In this document: one piece after another, positions 51,125 to 61,490 of the stretch | How the letters are laid out: every line of letters starts with the position of its first letter | Position numbering within the stretch: position 1 is the first letter of the stretch | Origin: Succinivibrio sp. | GTDB lineage: Bacteria > Pseudomonadota > Gammaproteobacteria > Enterobacterales > Succinivibrionaceae | Assembly (NCBI GenBank): GCA_050873645.1 | Contig: JBNMJE010000001.1 | Location: 4,255-68,254, forward strand | DNA length: 64,000 nt | Direction of reading: 5' to 3' | Made by a program: the position numbers and the translations under genes | The notes under the pieces: generated by a model | What the model was told of the DNA's origin: nothing | The model's input: only the letters and a program-made list of their open reading frames with translations | Databases searched by the model: none

Positions 51125-51655
51125 ATGCTCTCCATTAAGGCCGGTTGGATCGAAGGTGTTCGTCAGGTACCGGTCAAAAGATTCGGTCCACGACCTAGTG
51201 GATTTGAAATCTCTCTAATCGTCATCCACTGTATTGCTCTGCCTCCAAAACATTTTGGAGGACATTATGTGGATGATATCTTTACAGGATGTCTTGATCC
51301 TAATGCTCATCCTTACTTTAAGGATGTAGCTCCTCTTGAAGTTTCCACTCATCTGTTTATTAACAGGCAAGGTCGTATTACTCAGTACGTTTCGTTCCTT
51401 GATAGGGCATGGCACGCTGGTCGCTCTTCATATAATGGGCATAAAGAGTGCAATGATTACTCAATTGGTATCGAACTTGAGGGAAGCGATGATAGTGAAT
51501 ACACTATAGATCAGTATAAGAGTTTAAAAGAAGTCGTAGCTCTTATTAAGCAAACCTATCCTGCAATCGGAAATAACGTTGCAGCGCATAGTGAAGTCGC
51601 TCCTCAAAGAAAGACCGATCCTGGTCCTTATTTTGATTGGAGTGCCCTAAGATAA
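51125..51655 (+). CDS. ampD: 1,6-anhydro-MurNAc-L-Ala amidase
   Basis: LIVIHCIALPP, AHPYF, RAWHAG, SIGIELEG, HSEVAPQRKTDPG. Confidence 0.93.
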   Translation: MLSIKAGWIEGVRQVPVKRFGPRPSGFEISLIVIHCIALPPKHFGGHYVDDIFTGCLDPNAHPYFKDVAPLEVSTHLFINRQGRITQYVSFLDRAWHAGRSSYNGHKECNDYSIGIELEGSDDSEYTIDQYKSLKEVVALIKQTYPAIGNNVAAHSEVAPQRKTDPGPYFDWSALR

Positions 51656-51711
51656 AAATAAAGATAATCTAAGACAAGATAACCTAAGACAAAGAGGTGT
51701 ACCAAAAACAT

Positions 51712-54264
51712 ATGGCTAACTATCTTACTTCTTACTTTGAACAAGCTAAAGCTCGCAAGGAAGCAGGTGTTGAACCTCTTGCTTTGAGCGCAGAATTTAC
51801 AAAAGAACTTGTTTCACTTTTAAAAACACCTCCTGTAGGCTCAGAAAGTGAGCTTCTACACCTCTTAAAAGACAGAATTAACCCAGGCGTTGATGAGTCC
51901 TCAAAAATCAAAGCTGACTTCTTATATGAAGTTGCAACTGGCAAAACAGTAAGCCCAATTGTTGATAAGAAATTAGCTGTAGCTCTTTTAGGCAATATGA
52001 AAGGTGGCTTTAACGTAGGTTACTTAGTTTCTTTATTGTCTGATAAGGAATTAGCATCTGATGCTGAAGATGCTCTAGAGCAGACTCTTTTAATCTATAA
52101 CGCCTTTGATGATGTAGCAGGATTAGCTACTAAAGGTAACAAGAACGCTCAGTCTTTAATTCAAAAATGGGCTGATGCAACCTGGTTTACTAAAAAAGCA
52201 GAATATCCAAAGAAAGTTACTTTAACCGTATTTAAAGTAGCAGGTGAGACTAATACTGATGATTTCTCACCAGCACCTGATGCTTGGTCACGTCCTGATA
52301 TCCCTCTGCATGCACTTGCTATGTACAAGATCTCACGTGATGACTTAAAAGCTGATGTTGAAGGTGTAAAAGGCCCTATCTCTACTATTGAGAAATTAAA
52401 GTCAAAGGGCAATCCACTCTTATTCGTAGGTGATGTTGTAGGTACTGGCTCTTCAAGAAAGTCAGCTGCTAACTCACTTATCTGGCACATCGGTCATGAT
52501 ATCGAAGGTGTTCCAAACAAGAGAGCAGGTGGCGTCGTTGTAGGTGGTAAGATTGCTCCTATCTTCTACACCACTTTAGAGGATTCTGGTGCTCTTCCAA
52601 TTGAAGCTGATGTTTCAAATTTAAACTCAGGTGATGTTGTAGATCTGAATGTTTATGACGGTACTATTACCCGTCATGATTCAGATGAGGTTTTAACTAA
52701 GTTTAGCTTAAAGACCAATACTTTATTAGATGAGGTAAGAGCAGGTGGTCGTATTCCTCTTATCATCGGTAAAGATTTAACCGCAAAAGCTAGAAAGTTC
52801 TTAAAGTTATCTGAGTCTGAAGTCTTTGCAAAGCCTGCTAAGATTGAAGGCACTGGTGGCTACACTAGAGCTCAAAAGATTGTAGGTAAGGCTTGTGGTC
52901 TAGAAGGTGTACGTCCAGGTCAATACTGTCAGCCTGTAATTACAACTGTAGGCTCTCAGGATACAACAGGTCCTATGACCCGTGATGAGTTAATTGATTT
53001 AGCATGTCTTAAGTTCTCAGCTCCAGTTGTAATGCAGTCATTCTGCCATACAGCAGCTTATCCAAAGCCAGTTGATGTAAAGACTCATCATACTTTACCT
53101 CAGTTTATCCAGAACCGTGGCGGTATCGCACTACACCCAGGTGATGGTGTTATCCACTCATGGTTAAACAGAATGTGTCTGCCTGATACTGTAGGTACCG
53201 GTGGTGATTCACATACTCGTATGCCATTAGGTATCTCATTTGCAGCTGGTTCAGGTCTTGTGGCTTTCGCAGCTGCAACCGGCATCATGCCACTAGATAT
53301 GCCTGAGTCTGTATTAGTTCGCTTTACTGGTAAGAGAAAGCCTGGCATCACCTTACGTGATCTTGTACATGCTATCCCTTATTTTGCAATTCAAAAGGGC
53401 TTATTAACAGTTGAGAAGAAGGGTAAAAAGAACATCTTCTCAGGCAAGATCATCGAAATTGAAGGTCTTGAGGATCTGTCAGTTGAGCATGCTTTTGAAT
53501 TAGCTGATGCTTCAGCTGAAAGATCAGCTGCAGCTTGCGCTATCTCTCTGTCAAAAGAGTCTGTAGCTAAGTACTTAAAGTCAAATATCGCACTTTTACG
53601 TCAGATGGCAAAAGACGGTTATGAGACTAAAGAAGCTCTGTTAGCTAGAGCTGATGCTATGCAGAAGTGGCTTGATAATCCTGAACTTATCGAAGCTGAC
53701 AAGGACTGCTCATATGCAGCTGTACTTGAAATTAACTGCGATGAAATTAACGAGCCTATCTTATGTGCTCCTAATGATCCTGATGATGCACGTCTATTAT
53801 CAGAGGTTGCAGGCACTAAGATTGATGAGGTCTTTGTAGGTTCATGTATGACTAATATCGGTCATTACAGAGCAGCAGCCGAGATCTTAAAAGGTCAGAG
53901 CCATGAAGTTCCTGTAAGACTGTGGATGACCCCTCCTACTAGAATGGACAGACAGGAGTTATCAGATGAAGGTCTGTTCTCTGTATTAGGTAAGGCTGGC
54001 GCTAGAATTGAAATTCCTGGTTGTTCATTATGTATGGGTAATCAGGCTCGTGTTGCAGATAACGCAACTGTAATTTCAACCTCTACAAGAAACTTCCCTA
54101 ACCGTTTAGGTAATGGTGCAAATGTGTTCTTAGGTAGTGCAGAGCTTGCAGCAGTAACTGCAAAGTTAGGCAAGTTACCAACAGTTGATGAATACTTTGA
54201 AAACACCAAATGCCTTGATGGCAAAGAGAATGAGATTTATTCACTACTAGATTTTGCAAAGTAG
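51712..54264 (+). CDS. acnB: Aconitate hydratase B
   Basis: GETNTDDFSPA, TGSSRKSA, SQDTTGPMT, QSFCHTA, GSCMTNIGH, GCSLCMGNQAR, STRNFPNRLG. Start reassigned to ATG 51712. Confidence 0.96.
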   Translation: MANYLTSYFEQAKARKEAGVEPLALSAEFTKELVSLLKTPPVGSESELLHLLKDRINPGVDESSKIKADFLYEVATGKTVSPIVDKKLAVALLGNMKGGFNVGYLVSLLSDKELASDAEDALEQTLLIYNAFDDVAGLATKGNKNAQSLIQKWADATWFTKKAEYPKKVTLTVFKVAGETNTDDFSPAPDAWSRPDIPLHALAMYKISRDDLKADVEGVKGPISTIEKLKSKGNPLLFVGDVVGTGSSRKSAANSLIWHIGHDIEGVPNKRAGGVVVGGKIAPIFYTTLEDSGALPIEADVSNLNSGDVVDLNVYDGTITRHDSDEVLTKFSLKTNTLLDEVRAGGRIPLIIGKDLTAKARKFLKLSESEVFAKPAKIEGTGGYTRAQKIVGKACGLEGVRPGQYCQPVITTVGSQDTTGPMTRDELIDLACLKFSAPVVMQSFCHTAAYPKPVDVKTHHTLPQFIQNRGGIALHPGDGVIHSWLNRMCLPDTVGTGGDSHTRMPLGISFAAGSGLVAFAAATGIMPLDMPESVLVRFTGKRKPGITLRDLVHAIPYFAIQKGLLTVEKKGKKNIFSGKIIEIEGLEDLSVEHAFELADASAERSAAACAISLSKESVAKYLKSNIALLRQMAKDGYETKEALLARADAMQKWLDNPELIEADKDCSYAAVLEINCDEINEPILCAPNDPDDARLLSEVAGTKIDEVFVGSCMTNIGHYRAAAEILKGQSHEVPVRLWMTPPTRMDRQELSDEGLFSVLGKAGARIEIPGCSLCMGNQARVADNATVISTSTRNFPNRLGNGANVFLGSAELAAVTAKLGKLPTVDEYFENTKCLDGKENEIYSLLDFAK

Positions 54265-54298
54265 TAATAACTATTTTCTGAAAATCAACCTATACTTG

Positions 54299-54333
54299 AA
54301 AAGCAGAGTGAGAAATATACTCTGCTTTTTTTA
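54299..54333 (+). terminator. Intrinsic terminator after acnB
   Basis: aaaagcagagt / actctgctttt stem followed by a T run. Confidence 0.8.
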
Positions 54334-54557
54334 TATGATCTCAATTTTGAGAGTTGTATACTATTCACATTGCGCAAGCGATGTAATCGTTTGCTATAAT
54401 AGGAAAAGGTAAAAGATTTATCACTTTTTAGTAGAACTTAAAAAAAGAACGGAACTTTTAGAAAGCTCTACTTTTATAAAGTTTTGACAATAGATTTTTT
54501 CAAAATAAAGTTCTAGGCAATAGAGCTTTGTAAATTAGTTATTGTTAGGAGTAACAC

Positions 54558-55517
54558 ATGAAAGTTGCAGTTTTAGGTGCAGCAGGCGGTATTGGCCAGC
54601 CATTATCAATGATTTTAAAGAACAATTTACCAGCTGGTTCTTCTCTGAGCCTGTTCGACGTAGCACCATTTACCCCTGGTGTTGCAAAGGACTTAAGCCA
54701 CATTCCTACAGACGTAACAGTTGACGGCTTCACAGGTGACGACCTAACTAAGGCTTTAGAAGGCGCTGACGTTGTAGTAATCCCTGCAGGTGTTGCTCGT
54801 AAGCCAGGTATGACTCGTGATGACTTATTCAACATCAACGCAGGCATCATCGCTAACTTAGTTCGTAACATTGCAAAGACCTGCCCTAAGGCATGTATCT
54901 GCATCATCACCAACCCAGTAAACTCAACTGTTCCATTAGCAGCTGAAGTATTAAAGGAAGAAGGCGTATACGACAAGCACCGTTTATTCGGTATTTCAGT
55001 TCTTGATGTACTACGTTCAGAGACTTTCTTAGCTGAAGAGTTAGGTATTTCAAATCAGCGTATCCTAGTTCCAGTAGTTGGTGGTCACTCAGGTACTACT
55101 ATCGTTCCTTTAATCTCTAAGGTTATCGGTCACGAGAAGATCTCTCAGAAGAGAATCGAAGAGTTAACCAACCGTATTCAGAACGCAGGTACTGAAGTTG
55201 TTGAAGCTAAGGCAGGTGCAGGTTCAGCTACCTTATCAATGGCAACTGCTGGTGCTCGTTTTGCTCTTAAGGTTGTTAAAGGCTTATTAGGCGAGCCTGG
55301 TGTTAACGAGTACACCTACGTTGAAGGTGGTTCAAAGTATGCTCCATTCTTTGCTCAGTGCGTACGCTTTGGCAAGAACGGCTGGGATGAGGCTTTCGAT
55401 TTAGGTACTGTTTCAGAGTATGAGCAGAAGTTAATCGACGAGGCAGCTCCTCAGTTACAGAAGAACATCGAAAAGGGTGTTAACTTCGCTAAAGATTGGC
55501 TTGCAAAGAACAAGTAA
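54558..55517 (+). CDS. mdh: NAD-dependent malate dehydrogenase
   Basis: [46 protein letters not shown]. Confidence 0.97.
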   Translation: MKVAVLGAAGGIGQPLSMILKNNLPAGSSLSLFDVAPFTPGVAKDLSHIPTDVTVDGFTGDDLTKALEGADVVVIPAGVARKPGMTRDDLFNINAGIIANLVRNIAKTCPKACICIITNPVNSTVPLAAEVLKEEGVYDKHRLFGISVLDVLRSETFLAEELGISNQRILVPVVGGHSGTTIVPLISKVIGHEKISQKRIEELTNRIQNAGTEVVEAKAGAGSATLSMATAGARFALKVVKGLLGEPGVNEYTYVEGGSKYAPFFAQCVRFGKNGWDEAFDLGTVSEYEQKLIDEAAPQLQKNIEKGVNFAKDWLAKNK

Positions 55518-55556
55518 TCTGAAAGAATCATAAGTTATAAATAAACTATTCTTGGG

Positions 55557-55590
55557 AAGGCAGTTTCTTTTGAAACTGCCTTTATTTTTT
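55557..55590 (+). terminator. Intrinsic terminator after mdh
   Basis: aaggcagtttc-tttt-gaaactgcctt followed by a T-rich tail. Confidence 0.85.
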
Positions 55591-55760
55591 TATTGGAAAT
55601 AGAAATACACCATTTTGTAGTATGTACATATTGTTAATTTACAAATAATAAATAAAATTTAATTTGTAAAAACCTAAAATCAATTTAATTAAAATTAAAA
55701 TGATAACTTTAAAAAGTTAAACTATAATAGAGGTAATATCGACGCATAGAGGTAATAAAA

Positions 55761-56828
55761 ATGACTGTAAGAACAACCAAAAAAGGAGAAAACGTTAGAA
55801 ATCAAATTGTTTCTCTTTTTAAAAATGATTCGATGTTGTCATTCAACGAAATCTACAGAAGTATTGGTCATAATTTAGAGTTGTCAGAAGCAAGTATTCG
55901 CAATTACTTACAACAACTCTTAAGCCAAAAAATCCTTTTTTCAAAGAAAAAAGGTAAGTTTCTTATGTATGGTTTATCTTTGAATGTAGAAATAGAACAT
56001 TCTTTCTCCCTAAAAGATTCTAATCTTACAGAGGATTACGTTTGGAGAACCTATTTATCTGATTCAATCACTAAGGCAAATAAGGCTGCTAAAGAAATAT
56101 TAGATTATGCATTTTCAGAAATGTTTAATAATGTATTGAGCCACTCTAATGCCTCTAAAGTAACCGTAAAACTCATTGAAGACGCAATGAAAACATACAT
56201 TGTTGTTGAAGATAATGGTATTGGTATTTTTAAGAAAATTAAGAATGACTTATCTCTTCAGGATGAACATCAATCTTTGCTTGAACTTGCTAAAGGAAAG
56301 TTTACCTCTAATCCAAAAGAACATTCAGGAGAAGGAATTTTCTTTTCAAGCAGAGCTTGTGATTTGTTTTTAATACATTCAGGATCTTTGACTTACAGTT
56401 TAGACAGTAACTCTGATATTGGTAAATTCATTGAAACTGATAAAGATATAGAAGATGATAATTTTGCAGGAACTATCGTACTAATGGCTGTAAACAACAG
56501 CTCTTCAAACTCTCTAAAACGAGTATTTGACAAATACACATCAAGCACTGAAGATAAAACATTTAGTAAAACTGTTGTTCCTGTTAAATTACTCCGCTAT
56601 AAAGATGAAGGTATTATTTCAAGATCTCAGGCAAAACGATTACTTGCAAGATTTGATAAATTCAAATATGTAGTGTTGGATTTCTCTGGTATCGACGATA
56701 TAGGACAGGCATTTGCTGATGAAATTTTCAGGGTATTCGTAAATTCTCATCCTGAAATAGAAATTTCATATATTGAAGCAAACAAGAGCATTAAAAATAT
56801 GATAGAACACGTTTCTGCTAACAAATAA
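55761..56828 (+). CDS. Winged-HTH + HATPase_c + STAS-like (DUF4325-type) protein
   Basis: HTH LSEASIRNYLQQL; GHKL boxes SEMFNNVLSH, EDNGIGI, SGEGIFF, GTIV; C-terminal SRSQAKRLL...VLDFSGIDDIGQAFADEIFRVF. Confidence 0.7.
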   Translation: MTVRTTKKGENVRNQIVSLFKNDSMLSFNEIYRSIGHNLELSEASIRNYLQQLLSQKILFSKKKGKFLMYGLSLNVEIEHSFSLKDSNLTEDYVWRTYLSDSITKANKAAKEILDYAFSEMFNNVLSHSNASKVTVKLIEDAMKTYIVVEDNGIGIFKKIKNDLSLQDEHQSLLELAKGKFTSNPKEHSGEGIFFSSRACDLFLIHSGSLTYSLDSNSDIGKFIETDKDIEDDNFAGTIVLMAVNNSSSNSLKRVFDKYTSSTEDKTFSKTVVPVKLLRYKDEGIISRSQAKRLLARFDKFKYVVLDFSGIDDIGQAFADEIFRVFVNSHPEIEISYIEANKSIKNMIEHVSANK

Positions 56829-57197
56829 TGCTCATTTTATCTCTTCTTGAACAGGATTTTGTTCACTGTCTAACATATGTGGTGGGGAGTAACCCCCACC
56901 ATTTCATGTTTAGAAATTGTTGGTTGTGAGCCTCATTTTGGAGGATTTATCTTGTGCCCTTCAACTGTTTTTCTGAGTATGTGTGCTATCAGCATGTAGG
57001 CTAATACTCTCCACAATTGCAAAATAAAATTAAACTTTATTTAACTTTTACCGAAAAATAAGTATTAGAAGAAAAAAGTCTTTAAATAAGGTCGAAAGAT
57101 AAAAGTTCTTACCTTATTTTGAGAGTTTGTTTCTTAAAACCGTTTCATGTCACCTATACTTAGTGATATGAGGAGATTAACTTAGGAGGAACGTACG

Positions 57198-57929
57198 ATG
57201 AGGTTAAACTGTAAAATCAGTCTCATTGCGCTTGCTGTAAGCTTGATGTGCGTATCGGCTCCTATTTCATCCTATGCGGCCAAATATGAAGTTGTAACCA
57301 GTACTAAGGCAATGGTTGCTCGTGATACCTTACAGGGTATTGATATGAGTTCAATCTCTAACTCTGGAGGCGCAAGTACAGAAATGTACACAGCTGACAG
57401 AATGAATGCTATTGTTGAAAATACTGATCTTGTGAGTGTGGTAAAAGATCTGGATAAGTGCCAGTTCACCTCCGATATTGAAGATAGAGCAAGACTTGTA
57501 AAGAGTCCTGTCTTTATGTACGCATGGGGAGTTATGCTGCTCAATGGAACCTGTGTAACACAGGATCGTGATCTTGCAATTGGATACATTAGAAAAGCAG
57601 CTGACAATGGTTATGCTCCTGCCATGGTAAGAATGTCTCAATTCTTTGAGCGAGGTCTTTATATGGGCAAGAACATGAATATGTCAGAGCAGTATATGCA
57701 TACTGCTGCCGCTCTAGGATCTAAGACTGCTAGATTAGGTTGGGCAGATATGTTAGTACGAGGCTATGGAACTCCAGCCTTGTATGAAGAAGCTTATGGA
57801 TGGTTGTATCACTCTGAATATGAGGATAACTACTCTAAAGCTAAAAAAGCATATCTTGAGAGTCAGCTAAAAAAGCACTTACCACCTAATGTAATTGCTC
57901 GTAATGAGGCCTTCGAGCCTGATTATTAA
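57198..57929 (+). CDS. motX: Sel1/TPR-repeat periplasmic protein, MotX-like
   Basis: Signal peptide; CQ...DIEDRA...P.FMYAWGVML..GTCV.QD...Y..KAA..G and GYG.P..YEEAY.WLYHS, resembling Vibrio/Aeromonas MotX as recalled (not searched). Confidence 0.6.
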   Translation: MRLNCKISLIALAVSLMCVSAPISSYAAKYEVVTSTKAMVARDTLQGIDMSSISNSGGASTEMYTADRMNAIVENTDLVSVVKDLDKCQFTSDIEDRARLVKSPVFMYAWGVMLLNGTCVTQDRDLAIGYIRKAADNGYAPAMVRMSQFFERGLYMGKNMNMSEQYMHTAAALGSKTARLGWADMLVRGYGTPALYEEAYGWLYHSEYEDNYSKAKKAYLESQLKKHLPPNVIARNEAFEPDY

Positions 57930-58215
57930 AAACTTGGGGACGGCAATGCCGTCCTTAGTTTTTACATTTCCTTTTTATTTATACCGCACTTTTCACTGAA
58001 CTTGTACTTTGCAAACAGCATACAAGCCTTTCTTTAGCTTATTGAACTCGTTACATCTTTTTGAGATCTGCTATAATCAATGAAGTTTTTGTTTTAAAAG
58101 TTTTACTGTAGTTTTATAAGATGTAAAACTCTTATATCTACAAGCTTGACTGTTTACGATTTTTTACTGCACAAGACAATAACAGTCTTGTGCAGCCATT
58201 AGATGAGCCTTAAAG

Positions 58216-59610
58216 ATGTTTGATAATCTTACCCAAAGACTTAACCGTACCTTAAAGAATATTAGCGGTAAAGGTCGCATTACCGAAGATAACATTAAAG
58301 ATACTTTACGTGATGTTAGAACCGCACTGTTAGAAGCTGACGTTGCTCTGCCTGTAGTTAAATCATTTACAGCAAGAGTAAAAGAAAGAGCTTTAGGTCA
58401 AGAAGTTGCCATGAGCTTAACTCCAGGTCAGGAGTTCATTAAAGCAGTTCATGCTGAACTTGTAGCTACCATGGGTGGTGAGACCTCTGAAATCAATTTA
58501 GCTCATCAGCCTCCAGCTGTGATCTTATTAGCAGGTCTACAAGGTGCTGGTAAGACTACCTCTGCTGCAAAGCTTGCTCTTTACTTAAAAGAGAGAATGA
58601 ATAAAAAGGTTTTGTTAGTATCAGTTGATACTTACAGACCTGCAGCTATGGATCAGTTAAAGACCTTAGCTCAAGAAATCTCCGTAGACTGCTATCCATC
58701 AGATCCTAAAGATAAACCTGAAAATATCGCACAGGCTGCTTTAAAAGAAGCAAAACTTCGTGCATATGATGTCATGATCTTAGATACAGCTGGTCGTTTA
58801 GCTGTAGATGAAGAGATGATGAACGAGGTTAAGCGTCTGCATGATTTAACCGATCCTATTGAGACCTACTTCGTAGTTGATGCGATGACAGGTCAGGATG
58901 CTGCTAATACAGCTAAAGCCTTTAATGACGCTTTAGAGTTAACAGGTGTCATCCTAACTAAGGCAGATGGTGATGCTAGAGGTGGTGCTGCTCTATCTGT
59001 AAGAGAAATTACCGGTAAGCCAATTAAGTTTATCGGTATGGGCGAAAAGATTGCAGCTTTAGAGCCATTCCATCCAGACAGAATTGCTTCCCGTATCCTT
59101 GATATGGGCGATATCTTATCTTTAATCGAAGATCTGCAGCGTAATACTGATCTTGATAAAGCCAAGAAGATGGCTGAAAAGATTAAGTCAGGTGCTGGCT
59201 TTACCTTTGAAGACTTCAGAGATCAGATTGCTCAGATGAAGAAGATGGGCGGTATGACCGGTCTATTAGATAAGTTACCAGGTATGGGTAATTTGTCCGA
59301 CAAGATTAAGGATAAGGTCAACGACAAGCAAATCGATCACATGGAAGCTATCATCAATTCCATGACTAAAAAGGAACGTATCCACCCAGAAATTATCAAA
59401 GGTTCTCGTAAAAAGAGAATTGCTATGGGCGCAGGCGTTGAAATCCATGAAGTTAATGTACTCTTACGTCAGTTTGATATGACCCAGAAGATGATGAAAA
59501 AGATGGGTAAAGGTGGTGTACGTAAGATGGCAGGTGCTATGCGTGGCATGATGGGGGCTATGGGTGGCATGGGCGGAATGGGAGGTATGGGAAACTTCTT
59601 CCGTCGCTAA
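58216..59610 (+). CDS. ffh: Signal recognition particle protein
   Basis: ALLEADV, GLQGAGKTT, DTAGR, TKADGDARGGAALS, PFHPDRIASRIL, Met-rich M domain. Confidence 0.98.
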   Translation: MFDNLTQRLNRTLKNISGKGRITEDNIKDTLRDVRTALLEADVALPVVKSFTARVKERALGQEVAMSLTPGQEFIKAVHAELVATMGGETSEINLAHQPPAVILLAGLQGAGKTTSAAKLALYLKERMNKKVLLVSVDTYRPAAMDQLKTLAQEISVDCYPSDPKDKPENIAQAALKEAKLRAYDVMILDTAGRLAVDEEMMNEVKRLHDLTDPIETYFVVDAMTGQDAANTAKAFNDALELTGVILTKADGDARGGAALSVREITGKPIKFIGMGEKIAALEPFHPDRIASRILDMGDILSLIEDLQRNTDLDKAKKMAEKIKSGAGFTFEDFRDQIAQMKKMGGMTGLLDKLPGMGNLSDKIKDKVNDKQIDHMEAIINSMTKKERIHPEIIKGSRKKRIAMGAGVEIHEVNVLLRQFDMTQKMMKKMGKGGVRKMAGAMRGMMGAMGGMGGMGGMGNFFRR

Positions 59611-59803
59611 TATTTTTATTGAAGAGAAAAGGCTCTAGTATGCTTGAAGAGTCCTTTACTCTTTGATAACTGAAGTTAACAGTTGCATAAATTTTTTACT
59701 CTTGATTTTTTGAAATTAAAGTGTAAAATAATGCAACTGTTTTTGTATGTTGACAATTTTTTTAGATTGTCAGATTTTTTTAATTAATATAGGTACTAGC
59801 GAA

Positions 59804-60169
59804 ATGGTAGTCATTCGTTTACGTCGTTTAGGCGCAAAAAAACGTCCTTTCTATCACGTTATTGTTGCAGACAAGCGTTTTGCTGCATCAGGCCGTTTCA
59901 TTGAGCAGGTTGGTATTTACAACCCTATCGCTCAGGGCAAGGAAATCCGTCTACGTTTAGATTTAGAAAGCATCAATGCATGGATTGCAAAGGGTGCACA
60001 GCCATCAGATCGTGTAAAGCGTCTTTTATGGGAAGCTGAGCAGGGTGAAGAGGCTGTTTTAAAGGCTAAGGCTGATAAGCACGAGAAGGCTGTTGCTGCT
60101 CGTAAAGCTGCTGCTGAAGCTAAGGCTAAGGCTGAAGCTGCTGAGTCTTCAGAGGCTGCAGAGGCTTAA
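59804..60169 (+). CDS. rpsP: 30S ribosomal protein S16 with a C-terminal extension
   Basis: [42 protein letters not shown]. Start reassigned to ATG 59804. Confidence 0.96.
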   Translation: MVVIRLRRLGAKKRPFYHVIVADKRFAASGRFIEQVGIYNPIAQGKEIRLRLDLESINAWIAKGAQPSDRVKRLLWEAEQGEEAVLKAKADKHEKAVAARKAAAEAKAKAEAAESSEAAEA

Positions 60170-60178
60170 TAGCTGCTT

Positions 60179-60709
60179 ATGGCAGATACACCGCGTCCAA
60201 TGGGAGCTTTAGGCTCATCATTTGGAGTAAAAGGATGGATGAAGGTCCGTTCTTTTGCGAGCCAACCTGAGAACCTTTTTGACTACTCGCCATGGTTTAT
60301 ACGTCAGCGCGGGGCGGAATGGCGCGAGGTTCAGGTTGAAGAATACAGACCACATGGTAACGACTTTGTCGTTAAGTTAAATGTGGCCTCAACTCCTGAG
60401 GAAGCAAAAGCTTATGCAGGAGCTGAGATTGGGATCAGGCGCTCAAGCCTGCCTCCTGTACCTGAAGGTACATATTACTTGTGCGATCTTGAAGGTTGTA
60501 CTGTAATTGGACTTGAAGGTGTAATGCTCGGCAAAGTGTCGAGAATTAGGGATTATGGAGCCACTCCTATTTTAGAGGTGTCTCCCTCTGACCACCTGGC
60601 TAAGGAACGCACAGAAGACTTTCTGATTCCTTATGTCGTGGGCCCAATTGTTAAAGCAGTTGATCTCGAAGCTAAGACAATTGAGGTTGAGTGGGGCGTG
60701 GATTATTAA
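60179..60709 (+). CDS. rimM: Ribosome maturation factor RimM
   Basis: [25 protein letters not shown]; between rpsP and trmD. Confidence 0.92.
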   Translation: MADTPRPMGALGSSFGVKGWMKVRSFASQPENLFDYSPWFIRQRGAEWREVQVEEYRPHGNDFVVKLNVASTPEEAKAYAGAEIGIRRSSLPPVPEGTYYLCDLEGCTVIGLEGVMLGKVSRIRDYGATPILEVSPSDHLAKERTEDFLIPYVVGPIVKAVDLEAKTIEVEWGVDY

Positions 60710-60711
60710 CC

Positions 60712-61455
60712 ATGTATTTTGGTGTAGTTACGCTCTTTCCTGAGATGTTTGATGCTGTGACCAAATCTGGGGTTACACGAAGAGCCTGTGAAAACGGGCT
60801 GATTAAAGTTGAATGCTTTAATCCTCGTACATATACCTTAGATAAGTTTCACAACGTGGATGACAAGCCATACGGTGGCGGTCCAGGTATGTTGATGCAG
60901 GTTCAGCCATTGCGTGATGCAATTCATGCAGCTAAAGAAGCAGCACCTCAAGGAACTAAAGTAGTTTGTTTATCTCCTCAAGGTAAACAGCTAGATCACT
61001 CTCTGGTCACCAAATTCCACAGCTGGGGCTCAATGATTCTTGTAGCAGGTCGCTATGAGGGTATTGACGAGCGTGTCCTTCAGACTGAAGTCGATCTGGA
61101 GGTTTCAATCGGTGACTACGTCCTGTCAGGGGGTGAACTTCCTGCCATGTGTATCATCGATGCAGTTTCAAGAATGGTGCCTGGTGTTTTAGGCAACATT
61201 CAGAATGCACAAGAGGATACTTTCGCACAAGGCCTTTTACATTTTCCTCAGTACACACGTCCTGAGGTGATCGATGGACTTAAGGTTCCTGAGATTTTAA
61301 TGAGTGGCAATCACGAGAAAATCCGTTCTTGGCGTTTAAAGCAGTGTTTAGGTCGAACCTATGAGCGCAGACCTGATTTACTGCAACACCGTGAATTGAC
61401 TAAGGAAGAGAGTAAGTTACTCTCAGAGTACTTAGAAGAGCACGGCTTGAACTAA
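60712..61455 (+). CDS. trmD: tRNA m1G37 methyltransferase
   Basis: [43 protein letters not shown]. Start reassigned to ATG 60712. Confidence 0.97.
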   Translation: MYFGVVTLFPEMFDAVTKSGVTRRACENGLIKVECFNPRTYTLDKFHNVDDKPYGGGPGMLMQVQPLRDAIHAAKEAAPQGTKVVCLSPQGKQLDHSLVTKFHSWGSMILVAGRYEGIDERVLQTEVDLEVSIGDYVLSGGELPAMCIIDAVSRMVPGVLGNIQNAQEDTFAQGLLHFPQYTRPEVIDGLKVPEILMSGNHEKIRSWRLKQCLGRTYERRPDLLQHRELTKEESKLLSEYLEEHGLN

Positions 61456-61490
61456 GTTTTTTGTTTTTACTTAATGGTAGGTACATTAAA

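Noticed and set aside
2866-54976. Many 60-143 aa ORFs antisense or out of frame inside known genes (for example 2866-3240, 16534-16734, 39028-39423, 47381-47707, 52161-52490, 54545-54976)
   Set aside because: They overlap well-supported genes, lack RBSs and motifs, and are expected from codon bias.
56880-57015. Minus-strand 20-codon ORF MLIAHILRKTVEGHKINPPK after GGAGAG, and possible riboswitch-like pairing
   Set aside because: No recognised riboswitch core or leader-peptide signature, and no downstream gene on that strand; the hairpin at about 56878-56908 is explained as the terminator of the upstream gene.
58167-58195. Perfect 11-bp hairpin (ctgcacaagac/gtcttgtgcag) upstream of ffh, considered as SRP RNA or an operator
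   Set aside because: It lacks the SRP RNA GNRA tetraloop and domain IV motifs and is too short; function cannot be supported.
59520-59610. GGM repeats at the Ffh C-terminus
   Set aside because: A Gly/Met-rich tail is normal for Ffh.
25501-61490. Apparent N-terminal extensions on rplM, sspB, rsmI, murE, acnB, rpsP, trmD and rplS
   Set aside because: Artefacts of longest-ORF calling; downstream ATGs match the canonical starts.
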